Shown here piece after piece: positions 52,255 through 64,000 of a stretch of DNA of 64,000 nt. The position numbers and the translations under genes were made by a program. The notes below the pieces were generated by a model. It had not been told where the DNA came from, ran no database searches, and saw only the letters and a list, made by a program, of their open reading frames with translations. The DNA comes from Octopus sinensis (Eukaryota): NCBI RefSeq assembly GCF_006345805.1, contig NC_043005.1, positions 33,108,001-33,172,000 on the forward strand, given 5' to 3'. Numbering within the stretch: position 1 is the first letter of the stretch; every line of letters begins with the position of its first letter.

Positions 52255-53102
52255 TCTCATTTCTCAGTCAATCTCAATAACTTTCTAGCTATCCCTCTTC
52301 CCCCATCTTCTCTGACAATCTGTCTTCTCCCCACCTCCACGCACCCTTCTCACTAATTTCTCGAACACGCCATTTACCTCTTCCACCTTCACCCATTCTT
52401 CATTCTACTCCATTTCCACACCACCCTACCTCTACCCTCTCACTCTTCTTCTCTTTCTCTCTATCTTTCTCTCTGTCTTTCTCTTTTGTAGTGTGTATGT
52501 GTGTGTATATGTCTGTGTGTGTATGTGTATCTGTGTGAATATATGTGTGTATATGTGTGTGTATATGTCTGTGTGTGTATGTGTATCTGTGTGAATATAT
52601 GTGTGTATATGTGTGTGTGTGTGTGTAAATATGTATATATGTGTGTTGTCTATAATATATGTATATATGTATGTGTGCATGTGTTTCTTTATAGATGTAT
52701 GTATATATATTGTGAGCATGTATGTATATGTGTGTGAGCATGTATGTATGCATATCTATATGTATGCACATATGTATGTATGAGTGTATGTGTCTATATA
52801 TATGTGCACATGTGTGTGGTGTCATATATCCATTGCCGAAATTACCGTCACATCCACTATTTCATGATGCGACAACAACCTTGAGATTTTCAAGACTCCT
52901 TTCATCCTTCCTTTCTCTCTTTCTTCCTCTCTCTCTCTTTTTTTTTTTTCCTTTTCGATATGATTTGTCATTCTTTTAATTGTTGTTCTTCTTGTTGCTG
53001 ATGCCTTTCTTAAGCATTTTTTTATTTTATATTTCCATTTTGTTTTCTTAGTTTTCGTTTTCCAGATGTTTGCTAGGTTACAAAATTCTCGCCCACCTCT
53101 CT

Positions 53103-53142
<40 letters not shown>

Positions 53143-53292
53143 ACACACGCACACACGCGCACACATACATGTTTGTATACATAGAATCACATGCATGTAC
53201 ATGTACACATACTCGTTAACACACATACACACTGTGAGGAAGGGATACAAATACATGTTATCACACAACGCCCAGCCTTATACGCATGCACA

Positions 53293-53335
<43 letters not shown>

Positions 53336-53686
53336 ACATACGTACGCACAAGCATGCACGCATACACATTACACTTATGCACACACGTACACAAACACAT
53401 AGATATGCATATATCATGACACGCACATGTACTCATACACGTACACACACACACAGAGATACACACAGGTACACGCTATCAAATACGCCTGCATACACAC
53501 TCATTTGCATGCCCACTTACATATAGATTCAAATACGTGTTCACCATCACGTACAGATACCTACAAGCGCAGTTACAGAGGTTCTCATACAGCATAGATT
53601 GAAGCACACACATACAAATATACAAACACAGAAACATCGCACATCAACGAATCACTTCAAAGCACATACCAAGATCAGCTGACTAA

Positions 53687-53741
<55 letters not shown>

Positions 53742-53743
<2 letters not shown>

Positions 53744-56700
53744 TCTTGCTTTAACTGGCCACAAGGGCCGAACACAAAAACATATAGGGACGATATAAAA
53801 CAAGGGACAAGCGAGGTGTAAAACAGAAATCGTGTAGACAATAAAAAGCAAAAATAGTTAACAAAAAATCTAACCCCAAAATTCCTCAATCGGGGAGGGG
53901 TTCCACCCAGGACCAACCAGGGCATCCCACACATCCTGGTCACCCCGACTGCCAATGGCACGCCAAGTAGGTACTCCTCTTCCATTCAACTGCCCCGGGT
54001 TACAGGCGAACATTCAGAATAACCCCTTTCAGACGAGCCATTTTCGCAACATTCACCCACTTTTCAACAAAATTACTGGAGGAGCAGTACTTCTCTCTCT
54101 ACTCTCACTTTCCTTTTCAAGTTCCACTTAAAAAAGCCGATGAGGACTCGACCGAATATGAAAGTGTCTGTCTTCAGTTCTTTCAGCCACACTACCTCTT
54201 TCGCTATAGCCACCAGACAGAGAAAAACTGCCTTTCCCTCCCGGCTAAAAGAAAGCGGCGGGGCAATCCTCCAGATGGACTCAATTAAGAACCGGATCCG
54301 TTCTACACGAGACATCAGCTGTTAGTCAAAGCTCCACAAGTCAGTAATGGACGAGTGCACGCAGAACAGTTTTATCACCCTGCGCACACCTCGGACAGGT
54401 CTGTCTAACAGCACTTCTGTGTCTGTACAGCTTTCTCGAAACCGACAGAGCTCCCCAGTAGCACTGCCTGGCCAGAGATTTCTGGAAATTGTCCAAAGCC
54501 CGAGCCCGAAAGTCCTCCCGAAAAGAGCAATTAACTGATCCCTCCCGACGCCCAGACTTTCCCTGAAAACGTCGTCGTTCTTGTCTGCCACTAATCCCTA
54601 ATAGAACTCTATAGCGGAACATCTACCGACCGCGTTGCCCGACTGGTAGAAAGCTATGAGCGCTTGCCTATACTCCAGGTACCAAGTGCCCTTTCTTTGT
54701 CTACGTTTGACCCAGGTCTGTAGCTCCATCAATGAGACGAGCTGTGGAAAATCCCGTTTGATGAACGGTGACCATACCTGCCCACCGCTAAGAAAAAAGC
54801 TAGAGATGTCGCAGCCTCAACATAAGTCTGTGCATCGTTTGCCACGACATGCCCAGTCCTCCACTTAGCAAATGGACCGTCTGACGAAGAGAATACACCC
54901 GTTCCACAGAAATTGAACGAGTAAGCACACCAGCTTGATCAGCCACAAAGTGGAGCAAAGGACGACAGTCAGGTGGTAGTAGATGACAGAAGCGATGTAC
55001 GCACTTGCCACCTCTGCCCGACCCTTCAAGGACAGCTTCTTCTCTGCCCATTTCTGGATGAGATTGGTTACCCTGCTCGTCACCTACTCTCAGTACTTGT
55101 CCACCTGGGGGCCGGGGCCAAACCGGACCTCGAGCAATTTAACCGGTCCTTCTGTCCGACGCCCGACAACGTTGTTGGTTGGCATGGACTTGCCTCTCCA
55201 GGTGCCAAGCTGCAGGCCTAGCGACTTCTGGTTAATCTTTGCTCCTGTCACTGCTTCGTACTCCCTTAGGGCAGTACCGACCACCTCGATTTCCGAGATG
55301 TCTAACACTATTACAGTAACCTCGTCCGCATAAGCCGACACGAACTGTCCTAGATGCCCCTCGAAACATCCAGCTTCCGCAGCAGTGGCTCTAGAGCCAA
55401 GAGTGGGCATCTTTCTCAACAGCACCACCTCTCCAAGACTCACAGCACTGGGAATTCTCCCGTTCTGCTGCCAGTTGTGGTAGAGATCTGTCAAGAAATC
55501 ACCGAACAAGCCTAGCATTTGAAGATAAAGCTCGAAGGGCTGACCATCCCGCCCCACAGACTTCTCTCTTGCGCAGCTCGTCATCGCGTCCCGTATATCT
55601 TCGGCTGTTATTGACATTTCGCAGAACTCTGTATCCTTGGCTGAGAGGTTCGGCGTGCCACGGAGATAAAATCCACCTCCATCCCAGGACCACCGCATGC
55701 CCCATGCAGTTCGGTGAAGTGTCGCTGAAATTCCGCACACATGTCGGAATAACTCGGTTATCATGCACTTCTCACAGCTTTTCAGGTGTTGGTGTAGTTA
55801 CATTTGTTTACTTTTTCTTTTGTTACGTTTTTGTTTTTGCTTTGTAAGGTTCGTCCTCATCTTCACTACAAGTTGAGGCGGGACTAGTGTCTGTAAGATC
55901 TGTCTTGGGGAGTGTGAGTGTGTTTGTGATAGTGTAAGATTGTTTGTGTGAGTGTATGCTTGAGAGGAGGTGAGGGAGCTGGTTTGAGAGACACCCTGGG
56001 TGGTTTGCTCCATTGTATGGGGCTCACGTGCCTCTGTCGTGTTAGAGATGAGGCTACAGTTTTGTTAAAAATCTCTGTTGTTGCTGTTGTTGGGATGTAA
56101 TGTAGGCTGCACGTGCGGCCATGCACCTCCCAACTTTTGTGAAGCAGTGATTTGTGGCCCTACAGATATCGCATCTGGGCTTCAAGCCTTTCACAACGAA
56201 CTGCAGTTCCACCTCTTTGGGGCAGCTGGATCAGGTCCGGGGTGTTCTTGATATTTTCTGGTCTTACATGGATTAATATTTCCATATTTATCCCAAACCC
56301 GTCTCCCTGCTGCTCCTTTTTACCTCCAAGAATTACTCTGGATCTTGCACACAAGCTACAATCCACCAGACGTTGTCCTAACCCTAATCGTTCTCTTTGA
56401 GAGGTAGGTGGGATACAGGACCCACTCTTCAGTCCACCGGGGTGACATTGCGTGTCTTCGCGTGAGGTCCTTACTTTTAAAGAGGACCTTGATGCTGGCG
56501 AACTGCGTCCCTCTCTGTATATGGGACCACATCTATTAAAATTACTTTTAGGGCTTTCTCAACGTGACTGATGGAGGCGATTTCTGCTTGATAGGCATCT
56601 AAAAATAGACGGTCTTTTTTTCTGTTGTCGCTATTATTTCGGGAGGTATGAGCACTGCTGCTGTCACTGCTACTACTGCTGTTGTCGATGCTACCACTGC

Positions 56701-57110
56701 TGCTGCTACTGCTACCGCCTTCATTGTTGCTGATGCGAGGTGAACTTTGTACATTTTCCCCCTGTTTTCTCCACTCCTTCTCTGTATTATTGTTGTCAGT
56801 AAAAGAGGAAAGAGGATGGAAAGCTTCGGCAGTCAATAGACCTGCAGGAGGGGCAGTTTTCTTTCGTAACTCTTTCAAGATAGGCGCCACCATCTTGTTG
56901 AATTTTACATGATTAAACGCCGAATGACTTATTTGTGTGGGGCGGGGGACGACTATAGCTCTGCGTGGGGCCAAATAAACATAGAAACCTAGTGACAGGT
57001 TCCTGTTGTTTCTATTGATAACTTTGAACAAAATTATAACAGAAAAAAGCGGCACCAAACGGGTGTGCCTTACTTCGAGCGTTTGAAAACACGTCCGATG
57101 TACTCCGCAG
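53742..57110 (-). mobile_element. L1/Tx1-like LINE, internally deleted, between TTA/TAA tracts
   Basis: ORF1 remnant at about 55900-57060; ORF2 pieces KSVGRDGQPFELY, YADEVTVIV, YEAVTGAKINQKS, WAEKKLSLKGRA, CPRC...; no clear APE domain. Confidence 0.85.
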
Positions 57111-57145
57111 CAAATATAATAATAATAATTATTATTATTATTATA

Positions 57146-57186
<41 letters not shown>

Positions 57187-57278
57187 TATTATTATTATTA
57201 TTATTATATATATGTCTGGAACAATTATTATTATTATTATTATTATCATCATCATCATCATCGTCATCATTATTATTA

Positions 57279-57351
<73 letters not shown>

Positions 57352-57353
<2 letters not shown>

Positions 57354-57988
57354 AATGGTGAAACCGTATGGCATATTGGCATATTACCATTCAATGTACG
57401 CCACGAGCCCAGAAAAAATATAAGAGACGTCATGACAAAATAGCAAGGATTGTCCACTGAACACTTTGCAACAAGTATAGACTTGACAGAGCAAAAAAGT
57501 GGTACGAACATAAACCCGAAGGCATCATCGAAAACGATAACGCAAAGATCCTATGGGATTTTTATGATTCAGTGTGACCGTGAGATAGAGAATAGGAAAC
57601 AAGAGAAAGAAAGAAAACGATGCTGGCTCATAGATATAGCATTCCCAGCTGACAAGGTATACGATAAGTAGAAAGAAAAGTCGATAGATATAACAGGTTA
57701 GCTTGGGAGGTTAAGCAGTTGAGGTCGCTGAAAAAGGTGGTAGTAGTACCAATAATTGTGGGAGCCCTGGGAACAATGATTAAAAATCTTGAGAAGTACA
57801 TGGAACAAACAGGGGCTGCAATAAGGGTGAGACACTTGCAGAAAACAGCACTGCAGAAAACAGCACTGCAGAAAACAGCTCGAATACTTCGGATGGTGCT
57901 CGAAAAATAAGGGGGTGTAACTTTAGTTCACTGGTAGTGAACAGCTGACACCGAGGTACATCTCCAGCGTTAGAAGCTGTGCAAAGAC

Positions 57989-57990
<2 letters not shown>
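57352..57990 (+). mobile_element. R4-like LINE 3' part (subfamily D) flanked by TTA/TAA tracts
   Basis: YKRRHDKIARIVH, KWYEHKPEGIIEN, LIDIAFPAD, VVPIIVGALG, LQKTA(x3)RILRMVLE. Confidence 0.85.
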
Positions 57991-58039
<49 letters not shown>

Positions 58040-58040
<1 letters not shown>

Positions 58041-58582
58041 GTACCAGGCAGTGGCTCTCATGGCTTCTGTTCTTAACTGATTGGAAATGTTATCATGTAC
58101 ATTGTTTTGTCTTGGTATAAAAGATGGGCTACAGCAAATATTCTGCTCAATACCACAGATTTGCTTGTCAGTTGTTTGACCTTAACCAGTTGAGCATGCC
58201 CCTTAGTGTCTGACGATATGTGCATCTCTGATCACAAGCAGAAGTAGTGGGGGAGCATCATAGCCGTGTGTTGAGAGGAATTCTTGGAGGTTTGGATAAT
58301 TCACCTTTGGAAACATGGGTGGTTCGTTCAACATCCTTAAACAATCCTTATTCAGGGACCTTTTGAGCGGTATGGGTTACTCGACCAGAAAAAATTCTAA
58401 CTGGGCCCCACCTGCAAAGTCATGCGCTGTTTATCTTGATATGAGATTACCATATCGCGCACATATGGTTGTGATGCATGTGCCTGGTGTACCCTTATTA
58501 GACGGGTAATCGTGATGGGTATACTGGGCTTCGTATATTTTACTCCAGTGTCACTTTGATGGCATGAACTGCTCTCTCACTC

Positions 58583-58585
<3 letters not shown>
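58040..58585 (+). mobile_element. Unclassified non-coding repeat F, about 545 bp
   Basis: Bounded by (TAA)n on both sides; homologous to 58830-59382. Confidence 0.8.
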
Positions 58586-58619
<34 letters not shown>

Positions 58620-58621
<2 letters not shown>

Positions 58622-58785
58622 AAGGGGATGCAATAAGGGTGGAGCACTTGCAGAAAACAGCACTGCTTGGAACCGCTCGAATACTCCGGAAGGTGTTCGA
58701 AAATAAGAAGTGTTACCTTAGTTCACTGGTAGCGAACAGCTAACACTGTAGTACATCTTCATCGTTAGAAGTTGTGCAAAGGCAA
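58620..58785 (+). mobile_element. R4-like subfamily D, short 3' end
   Basis: Matches about 57815-57990; followed by (TAA)n. Confidence 0.8.
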
Positions 58786-58829
58786 TAATAATAATAATAA
58801 TAATAATATAATAATAATAATAATAATAG

Positions 58830-59379
58830 TAAATGTCCTGATGAAGTACCAATCATTGGCTCCTATGACTTCTCATTTTAACTAATTGGAAGTGTTATCA
58901 TGTACAAAATGGTATACAAGATGGGCTACAGCAAATATTCTGCTCATTACCACAGATTTGCTTGTCAGTTGTTTGACCTTAACCAGTTGAGTATGTCCCT
59001 AAGTGACTGACGATATGTGCATCTCTGATCCCGAGCAGAAGTAGTGGCGGAGCATCATAGCCATGTGGCGAAAGGAATTCTTTGGGGTTTGAATAATTCA
59101 CCTCTGGAAACATGGGTGTTTCGTTCAGCATCCTTAAACAACCCTTATTCAGGAACCTTTTGAACGAGATGGGCTACTCGACCAGCAAAAAATTCTAACT
59201 GGGCCCCCACTTGCAAGATCATGTGCTGTTTATCTTAATATGAGATCACTATGTCACGCACATATGGTTATGATGCATATGCCTGGTGTACCCTTATCAG
59301 GCTGGTAGTCATGATCGGTATATTGGGCTTCGTATATTTTACCCCAGTGTCACTTTGATGGCATGAACTGCTCTTTCAC

Positions 59380-59382
<3 letters not shown>
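58830..59382 (+). mobile_element. Repeat F, second full copy
   Basis: Colinear with 58040-58585; TAA tracts on both sides. Confidence 0.8.
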
Positions 59383-59436
<54 letters not shown>

Positions 59437-59620
59437 GCTTCTGTCTCTATTTTCGGGTCACTCCTCCTCACCCATAACCACCGGTCTTCTGTATCTCTCT
59501 TGGCGTTCGTATCTCTTGCAAACTGACCGTACGTTTTTGTTTTTTTTCTCCTTCCATGCCGCTCTAACTCCTGCAGTATTTGCTCTTCGGTTAGCATGTA
59601 CAGAAAGGAAAAAAGGGGAA
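59437..59620 (-). mobile_element. R4-like LINE internal fragment
   Basis: KTYGQFARDT...RWLWVRRSDPKIETEAF. Confidence 0.7.
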
Positions 59621-61529
59621 CTTTTGACAGATCGAACGCATGATACTGAACGGTTCCGAGAGATTACCATCTACTCTGACCAAAAAAAAACTTTTAAAGA
59701 TAGGCTCGAAACCATCCGGTCTCAGGGAGGTCGCCAAGTATTAATGATCGATCCGAATGAAAGCTTTCGGCCGATATAAATTGATCGTGGCCCCATCGTG
59801 AAAACGCAAAAAAAACCTACGCCTATTTATACTGGAGATGCTAACCCTGGTGTTGATGTTTTCTACACGCTATCGGTTGTTTCATTAGTCGTTCAGGACA
59901 AATACATCTACTATGTCAGTATTTATATTTGTATTTATGATTGTACAATTGCTATAAGTATACCAGCTAGACTCAGTGAACCGTACAACAGAATCTGATT
60001 CCTCACCAAGCAGAGTCTATCACAAGCAAATAATAGGCAATGACTTAATTAACGTGCCAAACTACGCGTATGTGTGTGTTTGTATGTGCGTGGGTTTGTA
60101 CGAAGGAGTGTCTGTGCGCCAGACCACGTATGTGTAGGCGTTTATATATCCATATCTACTAACGGTTATATCTTACACTTTTTCGCTGTATTGTGTATTT
60201 GTTTCCTTTTGTATATGATATTTGTTATGGATCTTCTATAAGTATGAAGTTGTATACCATAATTAGCCATTTATATATACGAAGATCAAGAAGAAATCTT
60301 GAAAAACGAGTTTGTATTAACGAAATACCTCTTGAAATCACATGAGGAGATACATCTACACCAACGGATACACCTAAACCAGATGTTCAGTATCCCACCG
60401 ACGAGGGATCGATGCTAGATGGGCCGAAACAATTGTAGTCAGCATCAAAGATTCTCGAATCTTCCATCTTCCGTCTCTTTCATTTATCAAATAAATGTAT
60501 GTGTATGTGTGTGTATGTGCGTGTGGGTATATATGTGTATATATAGGCAAACATACATATATATCATATTATATTATATTATACATAAATGGCAATTTCT
60601 GTCCATAGATCTGTCTGCTACCATCTTGCTGTCTACACAAGTGAAGCAATCTTGACGAAACTTTTGCATACATGTTAAACTAACATCTAGTTGAATTATA
60701 GGCTAATTGGATTTCAATAAAAATCTATAACCTAAAGGTTGGGCTATTATTTGATAAAATGAGAAGCGTGCAAGAGTGGTAGTGTGAGGGAAATGTGGTG
60801 GCATAGTGAGGGTGAGTGATATTAGGGAAGGGGAGAGCAGAGTTGTGTAAACGATAAATATGTAGTGGCAGTGGGATGATAACGTTAATACAGCAATAAT
60901 TCAAGGGTACACCAATCTGTCTTTTCTCTCTCTCCTTCTCTTACACACCTTCTCTTGGTCTGTCTCTCGCTCTCTCTTTCTCTCTCTCTCTTTCTTTCTC
61001 TCTCTCTCTCACTTTCTCTCTTTCTTTCTCTCTCTTTCTCTCCCTCTCTCTTTAACATACTCATACGCACACTCACAAATCTATAGACAGGTATTTGACA
61101 ACGTTTAAACCGAAATCATCCGGAAATAACGTAAGTATTCCTTTTTTCCATTTATGAGCAGACGATAAATAAATCATAATCTGCTAAATACTTAGTCAGA
61201 TCACTTTCCTTTTAACAAACATAACGTTTCAAGTCAACATTGAAGTAACTTATTAATTTCTTTTTTATTATTTCCAAAATTATAATCACTCATTCATCAA
61301 TCACAAAGTTAGAAAGACAGATTTCTAAAGTGGAAATTGCTATCACTTAGTATCTTGGTGTTGTAACCAGACATTACAATTCTGCGAACAAAAGTTTTTA
61401 AAAACTGTAATTACTTATCTTCCTGCTTAATTTTAAAGTAATGTACAGTAACCATTTTAACGTTCCGGTTTTTTTCTAGAAGTAAATGCGTCAAACATTG
61501 GAGATTGTGATTCCACACATCATTTGGGC

Positions 61530-61740
61530 TAGCGTTAGGGGTTGGGTTTAGGATTTAATATTAGGGTTAGTATTGTATTGTAATAGTTTAGTATTGTAAT
61601 AGTTTAGATTTGAGGGATAAAATTAGGATTAGAATCTTGAGATAAGTTTTAAGGTAAGAGATGGGGGTTAGCATTTAACGTTAGGGTTTCGTGTTAGCAC
61701 TTAGGATTACAATTTTGAGTTAGGGTAAGGATTACGTTTC
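61530..61740. repeat. Degenerate (TTAGGG)n telomere-like tract
   Basis: gttagggg, ttagggttag, ttaggattag, gttagggttt, ttagggtaagg units. Confidence 0.55.
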
Positions 61741-62213
61741 AGCAGAAATTGAAAAGGGATTCAAAAGATTTGAATTTGTGTACAAATTTTTACAGAATTG
61801 AACTTGCATATGTTTGGAATTTAGATATCAAACAAAAATATATATACTTAACAGAAGAAAAATAAAAAGGTGTACAAAGTGTTCTTAGTCCGAAATTTCG
61901 TTGAGTGTTTTTCGAAAAGATTTACTATAAGTTGGATAAAGAGCTTCGTGATGTTACTGTTAATTCTCTGAGTCATTAATTCAGGCAACGCCGAGTAATT
62001 CAGCTAGTATTATATATTTGAGTTCATATGTGTATGTATGTGTTTGCGAAACACCAGCATTATTGTTATCCAAGAAAAAATTCCATCCTGCAGCTACGGA
62101 TGTGTGAGTGTTTGTATACGCGCGCGCGCGTGTATAAATATATATATATATATATATATGTGTGTGTATGTGTGTTGTGTGTGTGCGCCTGTGTGTGTAT
62201 AAATATATATACT

Positions 62214-62281
<68 letters not shown>

Positions 62282-62453
62282 CGTGCGTGTGTGCATACAT
62301 GCATTTAGGAATGCTTGTTTCATTTTAACACAATTGTAAATCTGATGGTGTTTTCTCTAACCAGAAGCTTCGCAATAGTGTATCACATTCAGCGGCAATG
62401 TTTTAACTGGCTTTCGCAACATTAAAACCATGAAAATCCTTCAAAATACAAAC

Positions 62454-62530
<77 letters not shown>

Positions 62531-63337
62531 TCCCTCATTCTTTTTCTCTCTCTCTCTTATCCCTCATTCTCCCTTCCTCCCTCATTCACACTCTCGCTCT
62601 CTTTCACACTCTTTTTCTCTCTCTCTCTCTCTCTCTCGCGCGCCGTCTCCCTCTCCCTCTCTGTCTCTCTCTTATACCAACTAAACCTTGCTGTAAAGAC
62701 ATTGATTCGCAACTCTGTTTGAAGGTCGCTTCAAGAAAATTTATTTCATCTGTTTTGCGAATTAACTTCTGTTGTCATTTGCTTTACTGTATGGCCGTCT
62801 TCCCAATTCTTCAACCATCAACAGCTGGTGGCCTCGTAACCTCGCAGTGACTCTCACAGTTGTTCTGCTGTTAAGGAGAATTTTATAGACCTTAAGAATT
62901 GAAAACAAAACAGCAATGGAAGAGGATGCAGAGAAAATGGTTTCCCCATATTACAAGCTGACGAGGCTAGAATTTCTTAGGTTAAGACTCAAAGGAAATA
63001 TACGAGAATAACATAACTTTCTGGATTCGTTGCTAGTTCTTTTTTTTAATTATATTCTGTTTTCTATTCGGGAGAATGCTCTCCTCGATCTCTTCTCTTT
63101 CCTTTTCTCATGTTTATATTTTTTTTATTTGCTTTCGCCTTTCGCAACTTCACACTCAAGCTCTCGTCTTGCTCTTTCTGTCAAACTCTGCTATCCAAAC
63201 TATTTGCATATTACTGATCTGTTTATTTATGCATCGGTATGCACAATAGTAGCTCCAGTTTTCTGTAGCTTCTGTAATTGTTGATATATAAACAGACTGG
63301 TAGCTCGTTTCTCTGAGATTTTTCAAAGTGACGTAGA

Positions 63338-63380
63338 CGCTTCTGATGAGAATCCAATATGATTCGAAAATCGATAAAGG
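63338..63380 (+). ncRNA. Minimal type I hammerhead ribozyme-like motif
   Basis: CTGATGA 63343-63349; perfect stem II GAATC/GATTC; GAAA; palindrome ATCGAT; 3-bp stem I CTT/AAG abutting a SINE tail. Confidence 0.55.
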
Positions 63381-63600
63381 TTACTCTTTTACTCTTTTAC
63401 TTGTTTCAGTCATTTGACTGCGGCCATGCTGGAGCACCGCCTTTAGTCGAGCAAATCGACCCCGGGACTTATTCTTTGTAAGCCCAGTACTTATTCTATC
63501 GGTCTGTTTGCCGACCGCTAAGTGACGGGGACGTAAACACACCAGCATCGGTTGTCAAGCAATACTAGGGGGACAACACAGACACACAAACATATACACA

Positions 63601-63669
<69 letters not shown>

Positions 63670-63827
63670 TACGATAGGCTTCTTTCAGTTTCCGTCTACC
63701 AAATCCACTCACAAGACATGGTCGGCCTGGGGCTATAGCAGAAGACACTTGCCCAAGATGCCATGCAGTGGACTGAACCGGAACCATGTGGTTGGTAAGC
63801 AAGCTACTTACCACACAGCCACTCCTG
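63381..63827 (-). mobile_element. SINE family A, full-length
   Basis: Reverse complement of 17995-18397 along its whole length. Confidence 0.9.
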
Positions 63828-64000
63828 TTCATATTTTTTTCAGACTACAGATAAATATTAAAATTATCCGTTTATATATCTATTATATAGGTTACATATG
63901 CATAAATCTACATGTGTGTGTGCGCGCGCGCATATCTAACAAACAAGAAAGCGAGTAATAAACACCCATTGGTGGATGAATAATTCTAATAAAATTAATA

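Noticed and set aside
59670-59730. CTGACCA...GGCTCGAAACCATCCGGTC hammerhead-like string
   Set aside because: The core G8 is mutated, the 5' strand of stem II is missing and there is no stem I.

Overview
AT-rich eukaryotic DNA with one 100-N scaffold gap (48439-48538). The SINE families and extreme microsatellite load suggest an Octopus-like cephalopod (inference from recalled repeat families). There are no prokaryotic features and no CRISPR arrays. No intact host gene could be identified; a few plus-strand exon candidates are weak. The window is a nested set of decayed mobile elements: several R4/Dong-like RLE LINE subfamilies tied to (TAA)n or (CATA)n, an RTE LINE, L1/Tx1-like LINE remnants, an I/Jockey-group LINE, Penelope-like elements, Tc1 and maT-like DNA transposons, Helitron-like pieces and three tRNA-derived SINE families. 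Most entries in the ORF track are microsatellite artefacts. The most interesting signals are: (1) three ORF1-only (gag-like, zinc-knuckle) elements with shared termini, two of them head-to-tail; (2) two hammerhead-ribozyme-like motifs (about 16.0 kb and 63.35 kb); (3) a 3.4-kb inversion readable from a split LINE codon string, a split SINE and a 68-bp inverted duplication; (4) a tRNA-Gln(TTG) copy fused to a SINE tail; (5) a pile-up of LINEs and an unclassified 550-bp element in TAA tracts; (6) a fold-back 5' junction on an R4 insertion. All alignments and structures were done by eye, and element boundaries are approximate.
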